The position numbers and the translations under genes are program-made. The notes under the pieces were generated by a model. It saw only the letters and a list, made by a program, of their open reading frames with translations. It had not been told where the DNA came from and ran no database searches. Below, one piece after another: positions 18,994-28,888 of a stretch of DNA of 64,000 nucleotides. Origin of the DNA: an uncultured bacterium. GTDB taxonomy: Bacteria > Fidelibacterota > Marinisomatia > Marinisomatales > UBA1611. The DNA lies in NCBI GenBank assembly GCA_943788175.1, contig CALSPG010000007.1, forward strand, positions 1 through 64,000, given 5' to 3'. Positions within the stretch are counted from its first letter, which is position 1. Every line of letters starts with the position of its first letter.

Positions 18994-20013
18994 ATGATTA
19001 TAAAAAATAATATATGTCTTCAAATTGCACATTTAACTCTGTTTTGTTTAGTACTACAGTTTTTTAATTCGTGTACAACAAGCGATAAGGGGTATGTTTT
19101 TAAATATTCTAATGAACAACCCGAGACAGCGATACGTAGTCAATCAATGCTTTTTTTTAAAGAGAGACTTGAAAAGGAATCGGATGGTAAAATTAAAGTA
19201 GACCTGTTTTTTAGTGGAGTACTTGGTAACGAAAGAGAACTTATGGACCTTGTTTCAACTGGTGCTCTCCAAGGCACTAGGGGAGGGTTTTTTAATGACG
19301 TTAATCCAAAGTTTAATTTACTCACGCTTCCTTTTCTTGTTTCTAATTGGGATGAAGCATCAAATTTAGTGAACAGTTCTTTGATGAAAACTATAAACGC
19401 TGGGTCTAGAACCAATGGCTTTCATGTTCCGGCAACAGGGATATCACAAGGATTTCGAGCTCACACAAATAATAAAAAACCAATTTTAACTCCACGTGAC
19501 TTTAAAGGTTTAAAAATGAGAGTTCCAATGCAAGAAGTTTTCATTCAGACAGCTCGGGCTTTCGGTGCAAACCCGCAGGAATTAGCAGCTATTGATATTT
19601 ATCAAGCACTACAAACCGGTGTTATTGATGGTCAAGATAATCCACCATCTAATATATGGGATTTTAAAATGTATGAAGTTTCAAAATACCTTACAGTTAC
19701 AAACTACGCAACAGGACCAGATCCTTTCATAGTTAACCTGAAATGGTATAATACGCTTCCACCTGAATTGAAAATTATTTTTGATAGAGTAGCGAAAGAG
19801 GCTATTGCTAAAAGCGATCAAATGAATAGAGAAAAAGAATCTGAATATCTAAATATGTTATCAAAACACTTAAAAATAAATTACATATCCGGAAAAGATC
19901 TGATTCCGTTTCAGGATGCAGTTAAGCCAGTTTATAATTATTTTATAAATAAAGGAATGTTTACAATGGCTGAGATTAAAGAGGCACAAAAAATTGCTAA
20001 GCAAAAAAACTAA
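18994..20013 (+). CDS. dctP: TRAP transporter substrate-binding protein (DctP family)
   Basis: LGNERE, GFR, FKGLKMRVP, ALQTGVIDGQDNP. Confidence 0.9.
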   Translation: MIIKNNICLQIAHLTLFCLVLQFFNSCTTSDKGYVFKYSNEQPETAIRSQSMLFFKERLEKESDGKIKVDLFFSGVLGNERELMDLVSTGALQGTRGGFFNDVNPKFNLLTLPFLVSNWDEASNLVNSSLMKTINAGSRTNGFHVPATGISQGFRAHTNNKKPILTPRDFKGLKMRVPMQEVFIQTARAFGANPQELAAIDIYQALQTGVIDGQDNPPSNIWDFKMYEVSKYLTVTNYATGPDPFIVNLKWYNTLPPELKIIFDRVAKEAIAKSDQMNREKESEYLNMLSKHLKINYISGKDLIPFQDAVKPVYNYFINKGMFTMAEIKEAQKIAKQKN

Positions 20014-20103
20014 CACATTAAAAAGAACAAAAACCATATTCTAAACTCCACAAAAAACAATTTCTTAATTATAAGTAGGTACTTAGAAAAAACTTTAATT
20101 GGT

Positions 20104-20532
20104 TTGCTGTTTTTTGTGTTTTCAATAACATTTATTCTTGTCTTTTTAAGGTATGTTCTTAATCAGTCTATAACGGGGGCAAATGAAATTGTAACAATTT
20201 TATTTATTTATACTACGGCTATTGGTTCAGCAATATCTATTGATAAAAACGAACATATTTCAATTGATATACTTGTTAATTATTTAAGTTTAAGGAATCA
20301 AAAAATAATCAAAACAGTACAACTGCTTTTGCTGGTTTTTCTACATATAACAATATTTGTATACTGTTTAGACTGGATTAAAACAGCGGGTGGATATCTA
20401 ATGCCAGCTACTGGTCTTCCAAGAATAATTACTATCGCAAGTATTCCTATTTGCTGTTTATTATCTATTTTATATTGTATTAATGCTGCTGGAAGACTCT
20501 TTACCAAACTCAGTGTGAGTGATAAAAACTAA
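20104..20532 (+). CDS. dctQ: TRAP transporter small permease (frame open upstream to about 20017)
   Basis: RYVLN..GANE, HISID; lies between dctP and dctM. Confidence 0.85.
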   Translation: MLFFVFSITFILVFLRYVLNQSITGANEIVTILFIYTTAIGSAISIDKNEHISIDILVNYLSLRNQKIIKTVQLLLLVFLHITIFVYCLDWIKTAGGYLMPATGLPRIITIASIPICCLLSILYCINAAGRLFTKLSVSDKN

Positions 20533-20535
20533 AAT

Positions 20536-21813
20536 ATGATAGTTTTATTATTTAGTCTATTTGCTTTTTTAGCAATTGGTGTTCCAATTGCATTTTCACT
20601 TGGACTTTCAACAACATTATATTTTATAATATTTAATAAAGACTTATTACAAGTTGTCCCTCAAATGTTATTTGCCGGGATGGACTCTTATACATTAATT
20701 GCTCTACCACTTTTTATTTTAATGGGACAATTAATGAATGAAAGTAAAATAACGTCCAGACTAATTGATTATTGCTTAATCTTTATTGGTAACATAAGAG
20801 GGGGACTTGGAATAGTAAATGTTATTTCTAGTATGCTCTTTGGTGGAATATCTGGTTCTTCTGTTTCTGACACAGCTTCTATCGGATCAATTTTAATTCC
20901 AGAAATGAAAAAACGCGGTTACCCAGAAGAATACGCTGCTGGACTTACAGTTGCTTCTTCTACAATGGGTATGATAATACCTCCCAGTATACCAATGGTC
21001 CTTTATGCCGTGACAGCACAGGAATCTGTGGGAAGATTATTTCTCGGAGGAGTGTTTCCAGGAATTATGGTAGGTGTTTTCCAACTCTTAATAACAATTG
21101 TGATTTCAAATAAAAATTGTTTCCCAAGAGAAAATAAAATTGTTTCTTTTGACACCATATTAAAAATGACAGCAAAAAACTCTTATATATTATTTATGCC
21201 TTTTTTTGTTGTTGGATCTGTGATTCTTGGAATAGCCACCCCAACAGAATCCGCGGCTCTAGGTGTCTTTTATGCTTTAATAATTGGTTTGTTTTTAATT
21301 AAAAGTCTGAATTTAAAACGAATTGTAAAAGCATTAAAAAGTGCTGTCTTAACAAGCGCAAAGATTATGATTATTATTGCTTTTTCCAAAATTTTTATAT
21401 GGGTCCTCGCTTTCGAAAGGGTACCAGATGAGCTGTCTGAAACAATATCTTCCTTAGGTTTAAATTCTACAAGCATGCTTTTATTGTTCGTTGTTATAAT
21501 ATTGATTTCAGGAACATTTATTGACGTTAGTCCAGCCATTTTATTGTTTACTCCTGTTTTTTTGCCAAGCATAATTCAATTAGGAGTGTCCCCGGTTTTG
21601 TTCGGAGTTGTTTTAGTCATTGGTCTTGCAGTTGGCGCCTGCACACCTCCTGTTGGTAACTGCTTGAATGTCTGTGCAATTATAACGGGGCTTAGTATTG
21701 GAAAGATTTTTAAAGGTGCTGCACCTTTTTTAATCGCAAACGTCGTTACGTTAATTATTATTGTACTGTTCCCCAAAATCGTTACTTGGTTACCAGAAGC
21801 AATAATGAAATAA
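20536..21813 (+). CDS. dctM: TRAP transporter large permease
   Basis: FGGISGSS, IIPPSIP, ATPTESA, TPPVG. Confidence 0.92.
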   Translation: MIVLLFSLFAFLAIGVPIAFSLGLSTTLYFIIFNKDLLQVVPQMLFAGMDSYTLIALPLFILMGQLMNESKITSRLIDYCLIFIGNIRGGLGIVNVISSMLFGGISGSSVSDTASIGSILIPEMKKRGYPEEYAAGLTVASSTMGMIIPPSIPMVLYAVTAQESVGRLFLGGVFPGIMVGVFQLLITIVISNKNCFPRENKIVSFDTILKMTAKNSYILFMPFFVVGSVILGIATPTESAALGVFYALIIGLFLIKSLNLKRIVKALKSAVLTSAKIMIIIAFSKIFIWVLAFERVPDELSETISSLGLNSTSMLLLFVVIILISGTFIDVSPAILLFTPVFLPSIIQLGVSPVLFGVVLVIGLAVGACTPPVGNCLNVCAIITGLSIGKIFKGAAPFLIANVVTLIIIVLFPKIVTWLPEAIMK

Positions 21814-21835
21814 AATTTATAAAAACAAATAAGGA

Positions 21836-22720
21836 TTGAATAAAATGGAATATGACATAACACTAATAGGTAATTACACTAAAGATAAAATTGTAACACC
21901 AACGGAAACGAAATATGTTGATGGTGGTGGTTTTAACTATGGCGCACACGCTGCCATTGCCTTAGGTGCAAAAACTGCCGCAATTACTCGCTTAAAAGAA
22001 AGTGACAAACACGTGGTTGATAATTTAGTAAGTACTGGTGTTGATGCATTTCCTACCTATACAAAAAATTCAACTCATATGGAGCTTATATATCCAACAG
22101 ATGATTTCGACGATAGAGTTTTAGTTATGCCTAAGTCAGCTGGATCGTTCACATCAGATCAATTTAAAAATATTAAGTCTAAAGTTTTTTTAGTAAATGC
22201 TTCAATTAGAGATGAGTTCAAAGTTGAAACATTAGTTGATCTGAAAAAAAAAGGATCTCTAATTGGAATAGATTTGCAAGGTTTCATTAGAACTATAGAC
22301 AAGAATAATATTTTAATAAACAGTAATTGGAAAGAAAAAGAAGAAGCTTTAGGGTTAACGCATTATTTAAAAGCGGATGGTGTTGAAGCAGAGTTTTTAA
22401 CGGGAGAATCAGATTTAATATCAGCAGCTAAAATTTTAAAATCTTATGGACCTAAAGAAGTTATAATTACACACAAAGACGGCGTTCTTGTTTATGATGG
22501 TGAAAACATTTACCAAGAGCCATTCATTCTTGATAAAATTATTGGTCGTAGTGGAAGGGGTGATACTTGTGGCGCGAGCTATGTTTATAAACGCTTAACA
22601 TTAAACCCAAAAAATTCAATTAAATGGGCTGCTGCTGCAACTAGTTTAAAAATGGAATCAGATACCCCTCTTAAAAACACAATGCATGAAATTGAAAATA
22701 GAGTAAGTAAATATAAATGA
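21836..22720 (+). CDS. PfkB/ribokinase-family kinase, probable pyrophosphate-dependent myo-inositol kinase (TM0415-like)
   Basis: Anion-hole motif GRSGRGDT (RxGRGD instead of GAGD), DLQGFIR, LKAD..EAE.LTG, TSLKM. Confidence 0.75.
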   Translation: MNKMEYDITLIGNYTKDKIVTPTETKYVDGGGFNYGAHAAIALGAKTAAITRLKESDKHVVDNLVSTGVDAFPTYTKNSTHMELIYPTDDFDDRVLVMPKSAGSFTSDQFKNIKSKVFLVNASIRDEFKVETLVDLKKKGSLIGIDLQGFIRTIDKNNILINSNWKEKEEALGLTHYLKADGVEAEFLTGESDLISAAKILKSYGPKEVIITHKDGVLVYDGENIYQEPFILDKIIGRSGRGDTCGASYVYKRLTLNPKNSIKWAAAATSLKMESDTPLKNTMHEIENRVSKYK

Positions 22721-22741
22721 TTAAATAAGCTAAGTTAAACT

Positions 22742-24070
22742 ATGCTAACCTTAATATATCTTTTAATAACAATTGTATTTATTGTCCTTTCTACAGCTAA
22801 ATACAAGATTCACCCTTTCTTAACTCTACTTATTGCTTCTTTAGGAATGGGCGTATTGAGTGGTTTAGATGTTGATTTTGTTATTAAGACTGTTTCAGAA
22901 GGTTTTGGAAACACCTTAAAAAGTATAGGAATTATAATTGCGTGTGGTTCAATTATTGGTACTTTTTTAGAAAAAACAGGTGCTGCAAAATCTATAGCTA
23001 ACAAACTTTTACAAGTTATTGGAAATAAAAACTCTGCTTTAGCAATGAATTTAACTGGAAGCATCGTATCTATTCCCGTGTTTTGCGATTCAGGTTTTGT
23101 CATACTTTCCACATTAAATAATGCAATAAACAAAAAAACCGGTATATCACTTTCCGTGCTGGGCACATCTCTTGCTGCTGGATTATACGCAACTCATGTG
23201 TTTGTACCTCCAACCCCTGGGCCTTTAGCAGCAGCATCTATAATTGGTGCAGATGTAGGGCTTGTTTTAATTTTTGGTTTGTTAACTGCAATTCCAGTAT
23301 CAATAGTTGGTTGGGTTTGGGCATCATATTACTGTTCTAGGTTTTCGATAAATCAAAAAATTGATAATGACGATCTCAATATTGAAACTAAAAACAATAT
23401 AAAGCTAACAATGTCAATTCTACCTATCATTGTTCCCATTGTGCTCATTACGCTTAAATCAATAATTAATCACCCAGCTGTGGAATTAGAAAACCTATTT
23501 ATCAATAATGTTATCTCTTTTTGTGGACACCCAATTATAGCAATTCTCTTTGGGGTTTTTATCGCGATGTTTTCTGCTACTAATTTTTCATTGGAGCAAC
23601 ATTTTGATTGGGTTTCTAATGCTCTCAAATCAGCAGGTGGTATAATACTTATTACTGGTGCTGGTGGTGCTTTTGGTAATATTTTAAGAGCAACATCACT
23701 TGGAGATACTATAAGTCAAAGTCTTTTGAGTTTTGAAGTAGGACTCCTCTTACCGTTCATTATTGCTGCTTTTTTAAAAACAGCACAGGGGTCATCAACT
23801 GTATCAATTATTACCACGTCAGCGATGGTTTTACCATTACTAGATTCGCTAGGCTTATCAAGTGAAATGGGTAAAGTGCTTACAGTGCTTTCAATTGGTG
23901 CTGGCGCAATGACTGTTAGTCATCTAAACGATAGTTATTTTTGGATAGTATCTCAGTTTTCAAACATGAATACTAAGACAGCATTACATTGTCATACTGC
24001 GTCAACACTATTACAAGGTTTAACGAGTATTGTTTTGATAAAAATCATATCACTATTTTTATTAGTATAA
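22742..24070 (+). CDS. GntP-family sugar-acid:H+ symporter
   Basis: KIHPF, SIPVFCDSG, VPPTPGP, KTAQGSST, SHLNDS.FW. Confidence 0.9.
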   Translation: MLTLIYLLITIVFIVLSTAKYKIHPFLTLLIASLGMGVLSGLDVDFVIKTVSEGFGNTLKSIGIIIACGSIIGTFLEKTGAAKSIANKLLQVIGNKNSALAMNLTGSIVSIPVFCDSGFVILSTLNNAINKKTGISLSVLGTSLAAGLYATHVFVPPTPGPLAAASIIGADVGLVLIFGLLTAIPVSIVGWVWASYYCSRFSINQKIDNDDLNIETKNNIKLTMSILPIIVPIVLITLKSIINHPAVELENLFINNVISFCGHPIIAILFGVFIAMFSATNFSLEQHFDWVSNALKSAGGIILITGAGGAFGNILRATSLGDTISQSLLSFEVGLLLPFIIAAFLKTAQGSSTVSIITTSAMVLPLLDSLGLSSEMGKVLTVLSIGAGAMTVSHLNDSYFWIVSQFSNMNTKTALHCHTASTLLQGLTSIVLIKIISLFLLV

Positions 24071-24072
24071 TA

Positions 24073-24861
24073 TCATACGTTTGTCGTTTTACTTATATCT
24101 GTAATTATTCCGCTAATCCCTAAGTTTTTACAGAAAGCAATAGAAGATTTTGAATTTACAGTCCAAGTATTAATAAAAATATTTCTCTTCTTACATATAC
24201 TTATTAGGTCTTTATTTAAAAAATCTGCTCTTGGGTGTATACAATCAGGATGACAAAAGTTCATCCATTTTAACATATTTATATTTTCAATTAAAAACCC
24301 CGTTTTAACATACGGTATTAACCATCTTGAGTAAAAAACTATAAGAGGATTAAAAGAGGATATTAAAATGTTTTGTCTTATTCTATTTTTTTTTAAAAAT
24401 GTTTTAAGCGCCGAAATTGTAGAGAAATCAAAAAGACCTGAAAACTTAATTTCTATATTTAGCCTAATATTGTCTGATATATTATTGAAAACGTCTTCTA
24501 TCCTTGGGATGTTTTTTTGATTGCTGGGGTGGGAAAATACTCCTGTTTTTATTTTATCTAATTTTGTTGAAATCATTTGGTGTATGTATCCTGACGAATC
24601 TGTTTCCTGCTCAAGTTGATGATTATGAGAACAATATAACACACCATCTTTTGAAGAAATTATATCGAGTTCTATACCACTAAAACCTCTTTCTTCAGAT
24701 TCTTTATATGCCTCTAACGTGTTTTCTGGATAATCATTGGTAACACCTCTATGAGAAAACAACATCGGTTCTGAAGAATAAAAGTCTTTCATTCCTCGAC
24801 CACTCCAATATCTTAAATAACTAACAATTATTAATAAAAGAATAAAACAAATTAAAATCAT
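24073..24861 (-). CDS. Glycerophosphodiester phosphodiesterase (GDPD), N-terminally membrane anchored
   Basis: HRG..PENT, ELD, NIEIK, ISSF, WTVN, GIITD. Confidence 0.88.
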   Translation of the reverse strand: MILICFILLLIIVSYLRYWSGRGMKDFYSSEPMLFSHRGVTNDYPENTLEAYKESEERGFSGIELDIISSKDGVLYCSHNHQLEQETDSSGYIHQMISTKLDKIKTGVFSHPSNQKNIPRIEDVFNNISDNIRLNIEIKFSGLFDFSTISALKTFLKKNRIRQNILISSFNPLIVFYSRWLIPYVKTGFLIENINMLKWMNFCHPDCIHPRADFLNKDLISICKKRNIFINTWTVNSKSSIAFCKNLGISGIITDISKTTNV

Positions 24862-27254
24862 TTTAAAGGCAGGAGTGTTAACCTTCTAAATTCTTTGCTT
24901 TCCCTTATATATGTTTCGTCAAACCAAGTGGTCCTATATTTACCACTATGATATAAATCAGCTTGGTCATCATAATGTTTGCTGTTGTATAGACCTGATT
25001 GACCCGTGGGAATAATTTGTTGTGTCCCATTCAAATTACTAAAATCTACTACACGCCTCATTGAAGCACCTGCTGTTTGAGCATAAGGTTTGCTAAAAGA
25101 ATAAGACCCGGCGTTTGGTGATTTATCTGAACCGCCGGAGAGATATGGACCAACATTAAAATCAAATATCCAATCTAAAACTTTCTTACTACCCATTTTG
25201 TGCTCGTGTTTTAAGTAGTGAGCTCTCCCCCATTCCCAGTTTTTCATGTTGTGCCCTACGATATTTTCAATGTCTTCTATACCATTAATGAATGATTTTT
25301 TTAATACCTCTTCAAGCGTTTCTATTTTTTCTTTTGTTCTTATGTCGTCTACCCATGAAGAAGAACCGTCTGCCAAAATTTTCCTTAAACTTCTACTGTG
25401 TAAATACTTCATAGATGTAAAAGCTTCTAAATATTTATCGCCCAGTAAAGATAGCTCATCGCCAAATAATTCAATCACTAATTGACGAAGAACAGAGTGA
25501 AATATAAGCGCACCTTTTGAATCAGGGCTTTCAATAAAATCCCAATCCTTAAGTATTTCCATAGACTTATTAATTTTTTCGTTTTCCTGTGTAATGTTTA
25601 CTGATAGAAAGTATGGTGTGATTTCTTTAGCAAATAAAGAGGTGTAGTCAAGTTGAACTGCTTTCATATCATCAACACTTGCCCTGCTTAAGGTGTCAAG
25701 TCGAGATACAATCTGTTGTGCTCTACTGGGGTCAGCCCACAAGCCACTTATATAGTATGGGAATTTGTCATCGATTGTTTTATTGTTGGCAGTCGCTATA
25801 TACCCCGACTCAGGATTAAACAAATAAGGCATTTCTTTATATGGAACTCTCCCCTCCCAGTCAAAATCGGGATCATGACCCGGCCTAGGTATAAGACTTG
25901 AGCCTTCTTTTCTAATCGGAACGTAAACAGCGGGTCTCCAACCTATATTACCAAATACATCTGCGTAGACAATATTTTGACCGGGAACACCATAATTTTT
26001 TACGGCTTTAGAAAAATCATCCCAGTTTTTTGAAGTCGCCAAACCAAATAACCCGTCAATTTCTTTTGTTAACCAATTACCCGTCCAAGCCATGGAGAGC
26101 GCAACGGTATCCTCATTTATTAGACTGTGTACATCCGTGATAATTGGTCCATGGTGTGTTAACCTAATTGTAATTGTTGTGTCCTTATCATTTTTTAAAG
26201 GTATTTTTTCTTTAATCACCACCATATCTTGATAGCTATCATTGTATAAATATTGATTTTTGTTTTTTGGGTTTATTGATTCAATAAAAAAATCCATATC
26301 GTCAACCATTGAATTTGTTAAACCCCAAGCCATATGTTCGTTTTGACCAATAATTGGCATAGGGATGCCAGCTAGACAAAGACCGCTTACATTGAATCGG
26401 CCGCCTTTTAAATGCATTTCATACCACCTTGGAGGCTGTGTGAATTTTAAATGTGGATCATTCGCTAAAAGAGGTTTACCGGATTCAGTTCGAGTACCCG
26501 ATACAACCCAGTTATTAGAACCGGAAACGGAAGAATTATAACCAAGTAGTTTTTCAAGTAATAATTCTTGATCCATGATTTTTGAAAAAGAAATATTATT
26601 AACTGTTTGTGTTTTTTTAGTTATAGTTGGATGATTATCGGCATAATATGGATATACTTCTTTTAGTTTTTCTTTTCCAAAATAATTCTCAATTGCTCCA
26701 AACACAATTTCTGGCTTCCATGAGGATGACATTTCTCGAGCCATCATTCTTGCATATCCCGTAACAATAGAGGGGTTCCAAATAGGTGGCTTTAATTGAA
26801 GTATTTTAAATTCAATTGGCAAGTCGTCGTACACCTCGTCAATTCGGTAATTTATACCTGCACAAAATGCGTTTATCAAAGAGACTGTTTCAGGATCTAG
26901 TTCTTTAACTAGTTTTTTAGCTGTGTCGTGTATTCTCCAGGTTCTAAGGTAAATATCACTTTCAAGTAATTCATCTCCCAGGGCATATGATAATTCTCCC
27001 CTAACAGAAAAATTAACTATCGACATTTGAAACAGTCTGTCTCTAGCAGCGTAATAACCGGCGGCATAAAATAAATCTTCTTCGTTTTGAGCAAAAAGAT
27101 GAGGTACACCAAAATTATCCGTATAAATATCTACAGAATTATTAAGACCAGCTATTGAGTGATGACCTTCATATTTTGGTGTTGGATGAATAAAATACCA
27201 ATATATTATCGAAATAATAAATATTATCGTTATAGTGATAAGTTTGTTTTTCAT
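24858..27254 (-). CDS. Penicillin acylase family Ntn-hydrolase (peptidase S45)
   Basis: FGVPH, ARDRLFQM, GSNNW nucleophile, LANDPHL, TGQSG..HYDDQ. Confidence 0.92.
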   Translation of the reverse strand: MKNKLITITIIFIISIIYWYFIHPTPKYEGHHSIAGLNNSVDIYTDNFGVPHLFAQNEEDLFYAAGYYAARDRLFQMSIVNFSVRGELSYALGDELLESDIYLRTWRIHDTAKKLVKELDPETVSLINAFCAGINYRIDEVYDDLPIEFKILQLKPPIWNPSIVTGYARMMAREMSSSWKPEIVFGAIENYFGKEKLKEVYPYYADNHPTITKKTQTVNNISFSKIMDQELLLEKLLGYNSSVSGSNNWVVSGTRTESGKPLLANDPHLKFTQPPRWYEMHLKGGRFNVSGLCLAGIPMPIIGQNEHMAWGLTNSMVDDMDFFIESINPKNKNQYLYNDSYQDMVVIKEKIPLKNDKDTTITIRLTHHGPIITDVHSLINEDTVALSMAWTGNWLTKEIDGLFGLATSKNWDDFSKAVKNYGVPGQNIVYADVFGNIGWRPAVYVPIRKEGSSLIPRPGHDPDFDWEGRVPYKEMPYLFNPESGYIATANNKTIDDKFPYYISGLWADPSRAQQIVSRLDTLSRASVDDMKAVQLDYTSLFAKEITPYFLSVNITQENEKINKSMEILKDWDFIESPDSKGALIFHSVLRQLVIELFGDELSLLGDKYLEAFTSMKYLHSRSLRKILADGSSSWVDDIRTKEKIETLEEVLKKSFINGIEDIENIVGHNMKNWEWGRAHYLKHEHKMGSKKVLDWIFDFNVGPYLSGGSDKSPNAGSYSFSKPYAQTAGASMRRVVDFSNLNGTQQIIPTGQSGLYNSKHYDDQADLYHSGKYRTTWFDETYIRESKEFRRLTLLPLK

Positions 27255-27283
27255 TTGCAGATCATTTGATTTACAATAGGACT

Positions 27284-28888
27284 TTACTCTTTTTTGTGAA
27301 TTGTTAATAGAACTCTTTTATCGGGATCAATTCTTATTTTGTTGTATTGAGGAATTGCTATCATTATTGGTTCATTTGTTAAAACTAGTTTTTTTTTAGT
27401 AAATCCGATATTTGATTTATAAAAAACTTCAACTGGCATTGAAAAATCACTGTTTTCCCAATGAAGCTCAACAAACGTATGATTTGATCCGTGACTAATT
27501 TTTTGATTAATTATAGGGTATTGGTTTTCATATAGATATACTTTAAAAAACCAATCAATATTTGTTTCTATTACGCTATGAACAATATCAATAAAATCAC
27601 TAGTTGTTATCTGGTTATTAGGCAGGTCTTTTTTTGAATGTAATAATTCTTTTAAGATTTTAAAAAATTTTTCATCTCCAACTAAATATCGAAGCATATG
27701 CAAAACAAAAGCCCCTTTATAATATGGATCCAAACCGAAAATTTGACTCATCGTAGAGTTTCTTTCTAAAACGATAGGTTTGCTTAGTGGTATTTTTTTT
27801 GAAATATTTTTAGTAAAAAAAGAATTGTATTCTTCATAACCATATTTTTCTTCAATATATAAGGCTTCGCAATAAACGGCAAAACCTTCATGTATCCAAA
27901 AATCCGACCAATCACTAACGCTTAAATAATTTCCCCACCACTCGTGAGCCATTTCATGAAACAATAAAAAGTCATATCCTTTTTCGTTTTTTTTATAATC
28001 GTTTCCATATGCAATCATAGTTTGATGTTCCATGCCAAAATATGGTGTATTAACAAGTCCCAATTTTTCTTCAATCCATGGGAACTGTCCGAAGTTTCTA
28101 GTAAAAAACTCAACAAATATTTCGACCTGATCTAATAGTTTTTCAGCGCCTTCTAAATTTTCTTTCAGCACATAAAACTGAACCCTTAAAGGTTTTCCTA
28201 AAGAAGGAACAATTCTTTCGATTAACTCAAAGTGCCCAACTGTAAAATTTATATTATATGGATTAATACTATATTTTGTACTCCAATGCCATGTTGTCCA
28301 TTTATTTTTATGTTCTTTTACACTTTGAAGGCTTCCATTAGATGCTACAGATAGTGGTTTTGGAACAGTAATACGGATTTCAGCGCTTTCCGGTTCATCA
28401 CTTGGGTGCTCTTTAGATGGATACCAAAGATGAGAGCCGTTAGCCTGACAAGAAACACCAATCCAAGGGTAACCATCCTTGCTTTTACTCCACGTAAACC
28501 CGCCACTCCATGGAGGGTTTTCCGCTATTGGAGGTTTTCCCTTGTATTCTACAGTAACTAAAATTGTAGAATTAGTTTCGATGTCTTGAGCCTTTATAAA
28601 AATAGTATTATCACGATGTTTAAAAGGAGTTGTAACACCATCTATCATTACTTTTGATATAAAATATTGATTTAATAAATCTAACTCTATAAATCTTACT
28701 TCATCAATTACCTTAATTTTAATGTCAACATACCCTGATATCATTTTTCTTTTTGGGTCAATTTTTAGCCTTATGTCATAATGCCTAACATCTACTCCTA
28801 ATTGATTCTTACTTAATTTTCCACCGGAAGTTATATCTATAGAAAACCCTAATGATAAGAAACTCAATATCAATAACAATCTTCTCAT
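27284..28888 (-). CDS. M1-family zinc aminopeptidase, secreted
   Basis: GMEH, HEMAHEWWGN, HEGFA, YYKGA..LHMLR. Confidence 0.92.
   Translation of the reverse strand: MRRLLLILSFLSLGFSIDITSGGKLSKNQLGVDVRHYDIRLKIDPKRKMISGYVDIKIKVIDEVRFIELDLLNQYFISKVMIDGVTTPFKHRDNTIFIKAQDIETNSTILVTVEYKGKPPIAENPPWSGGFTWSKSKDGYPWIGVSCQANGSHLWYPSKEHPSDEPESAEIRITVPKPLSVASNGSLQSVKEHKNKWTTWHWSTKYSINPYNINFTVGHFELIERIVPSLGKPLRVQFYVLKENLEGAEKLLDQVEIFVEFFTRNFGQFPWIEEKLGLVNTPYFGMEHQTMIAYGNDYKKNEKGYDFLLFHEMAHEWWGNYLSVSDWSDFWIHEGFAVYCEALYIEEKYGYEEYNSFFTKNISKKIPLSKPIVLERNSTMSQIFGLDPYYKGAFVLHMLRYLVGDEKFFKILKELLHSKKDLPNNQITTSDFIDIVHSVIETNIDWFFKVYLYENQYPIINQKISHGSNHTFVELHWENSDFSMPVEVFYKSNIGFTKKKLVLTNEPIMIAIPQYNKIRIDPDKRVLLTIHKKE

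Noticed and set aside
21836-22720. Calling the PfkB kinase iolC
   Set aside because: It lacks the IolC-type GGS..N and GAGD motifs and instead has the RxGRGD signature of the TM0415 group.
24858-27254. Quorum-quenching AHL acylase or antibiotic-related role for the Ntn hydrolase
   Set aside because: Substrate cannot be inferred from motifs, and the context is housekeeping.
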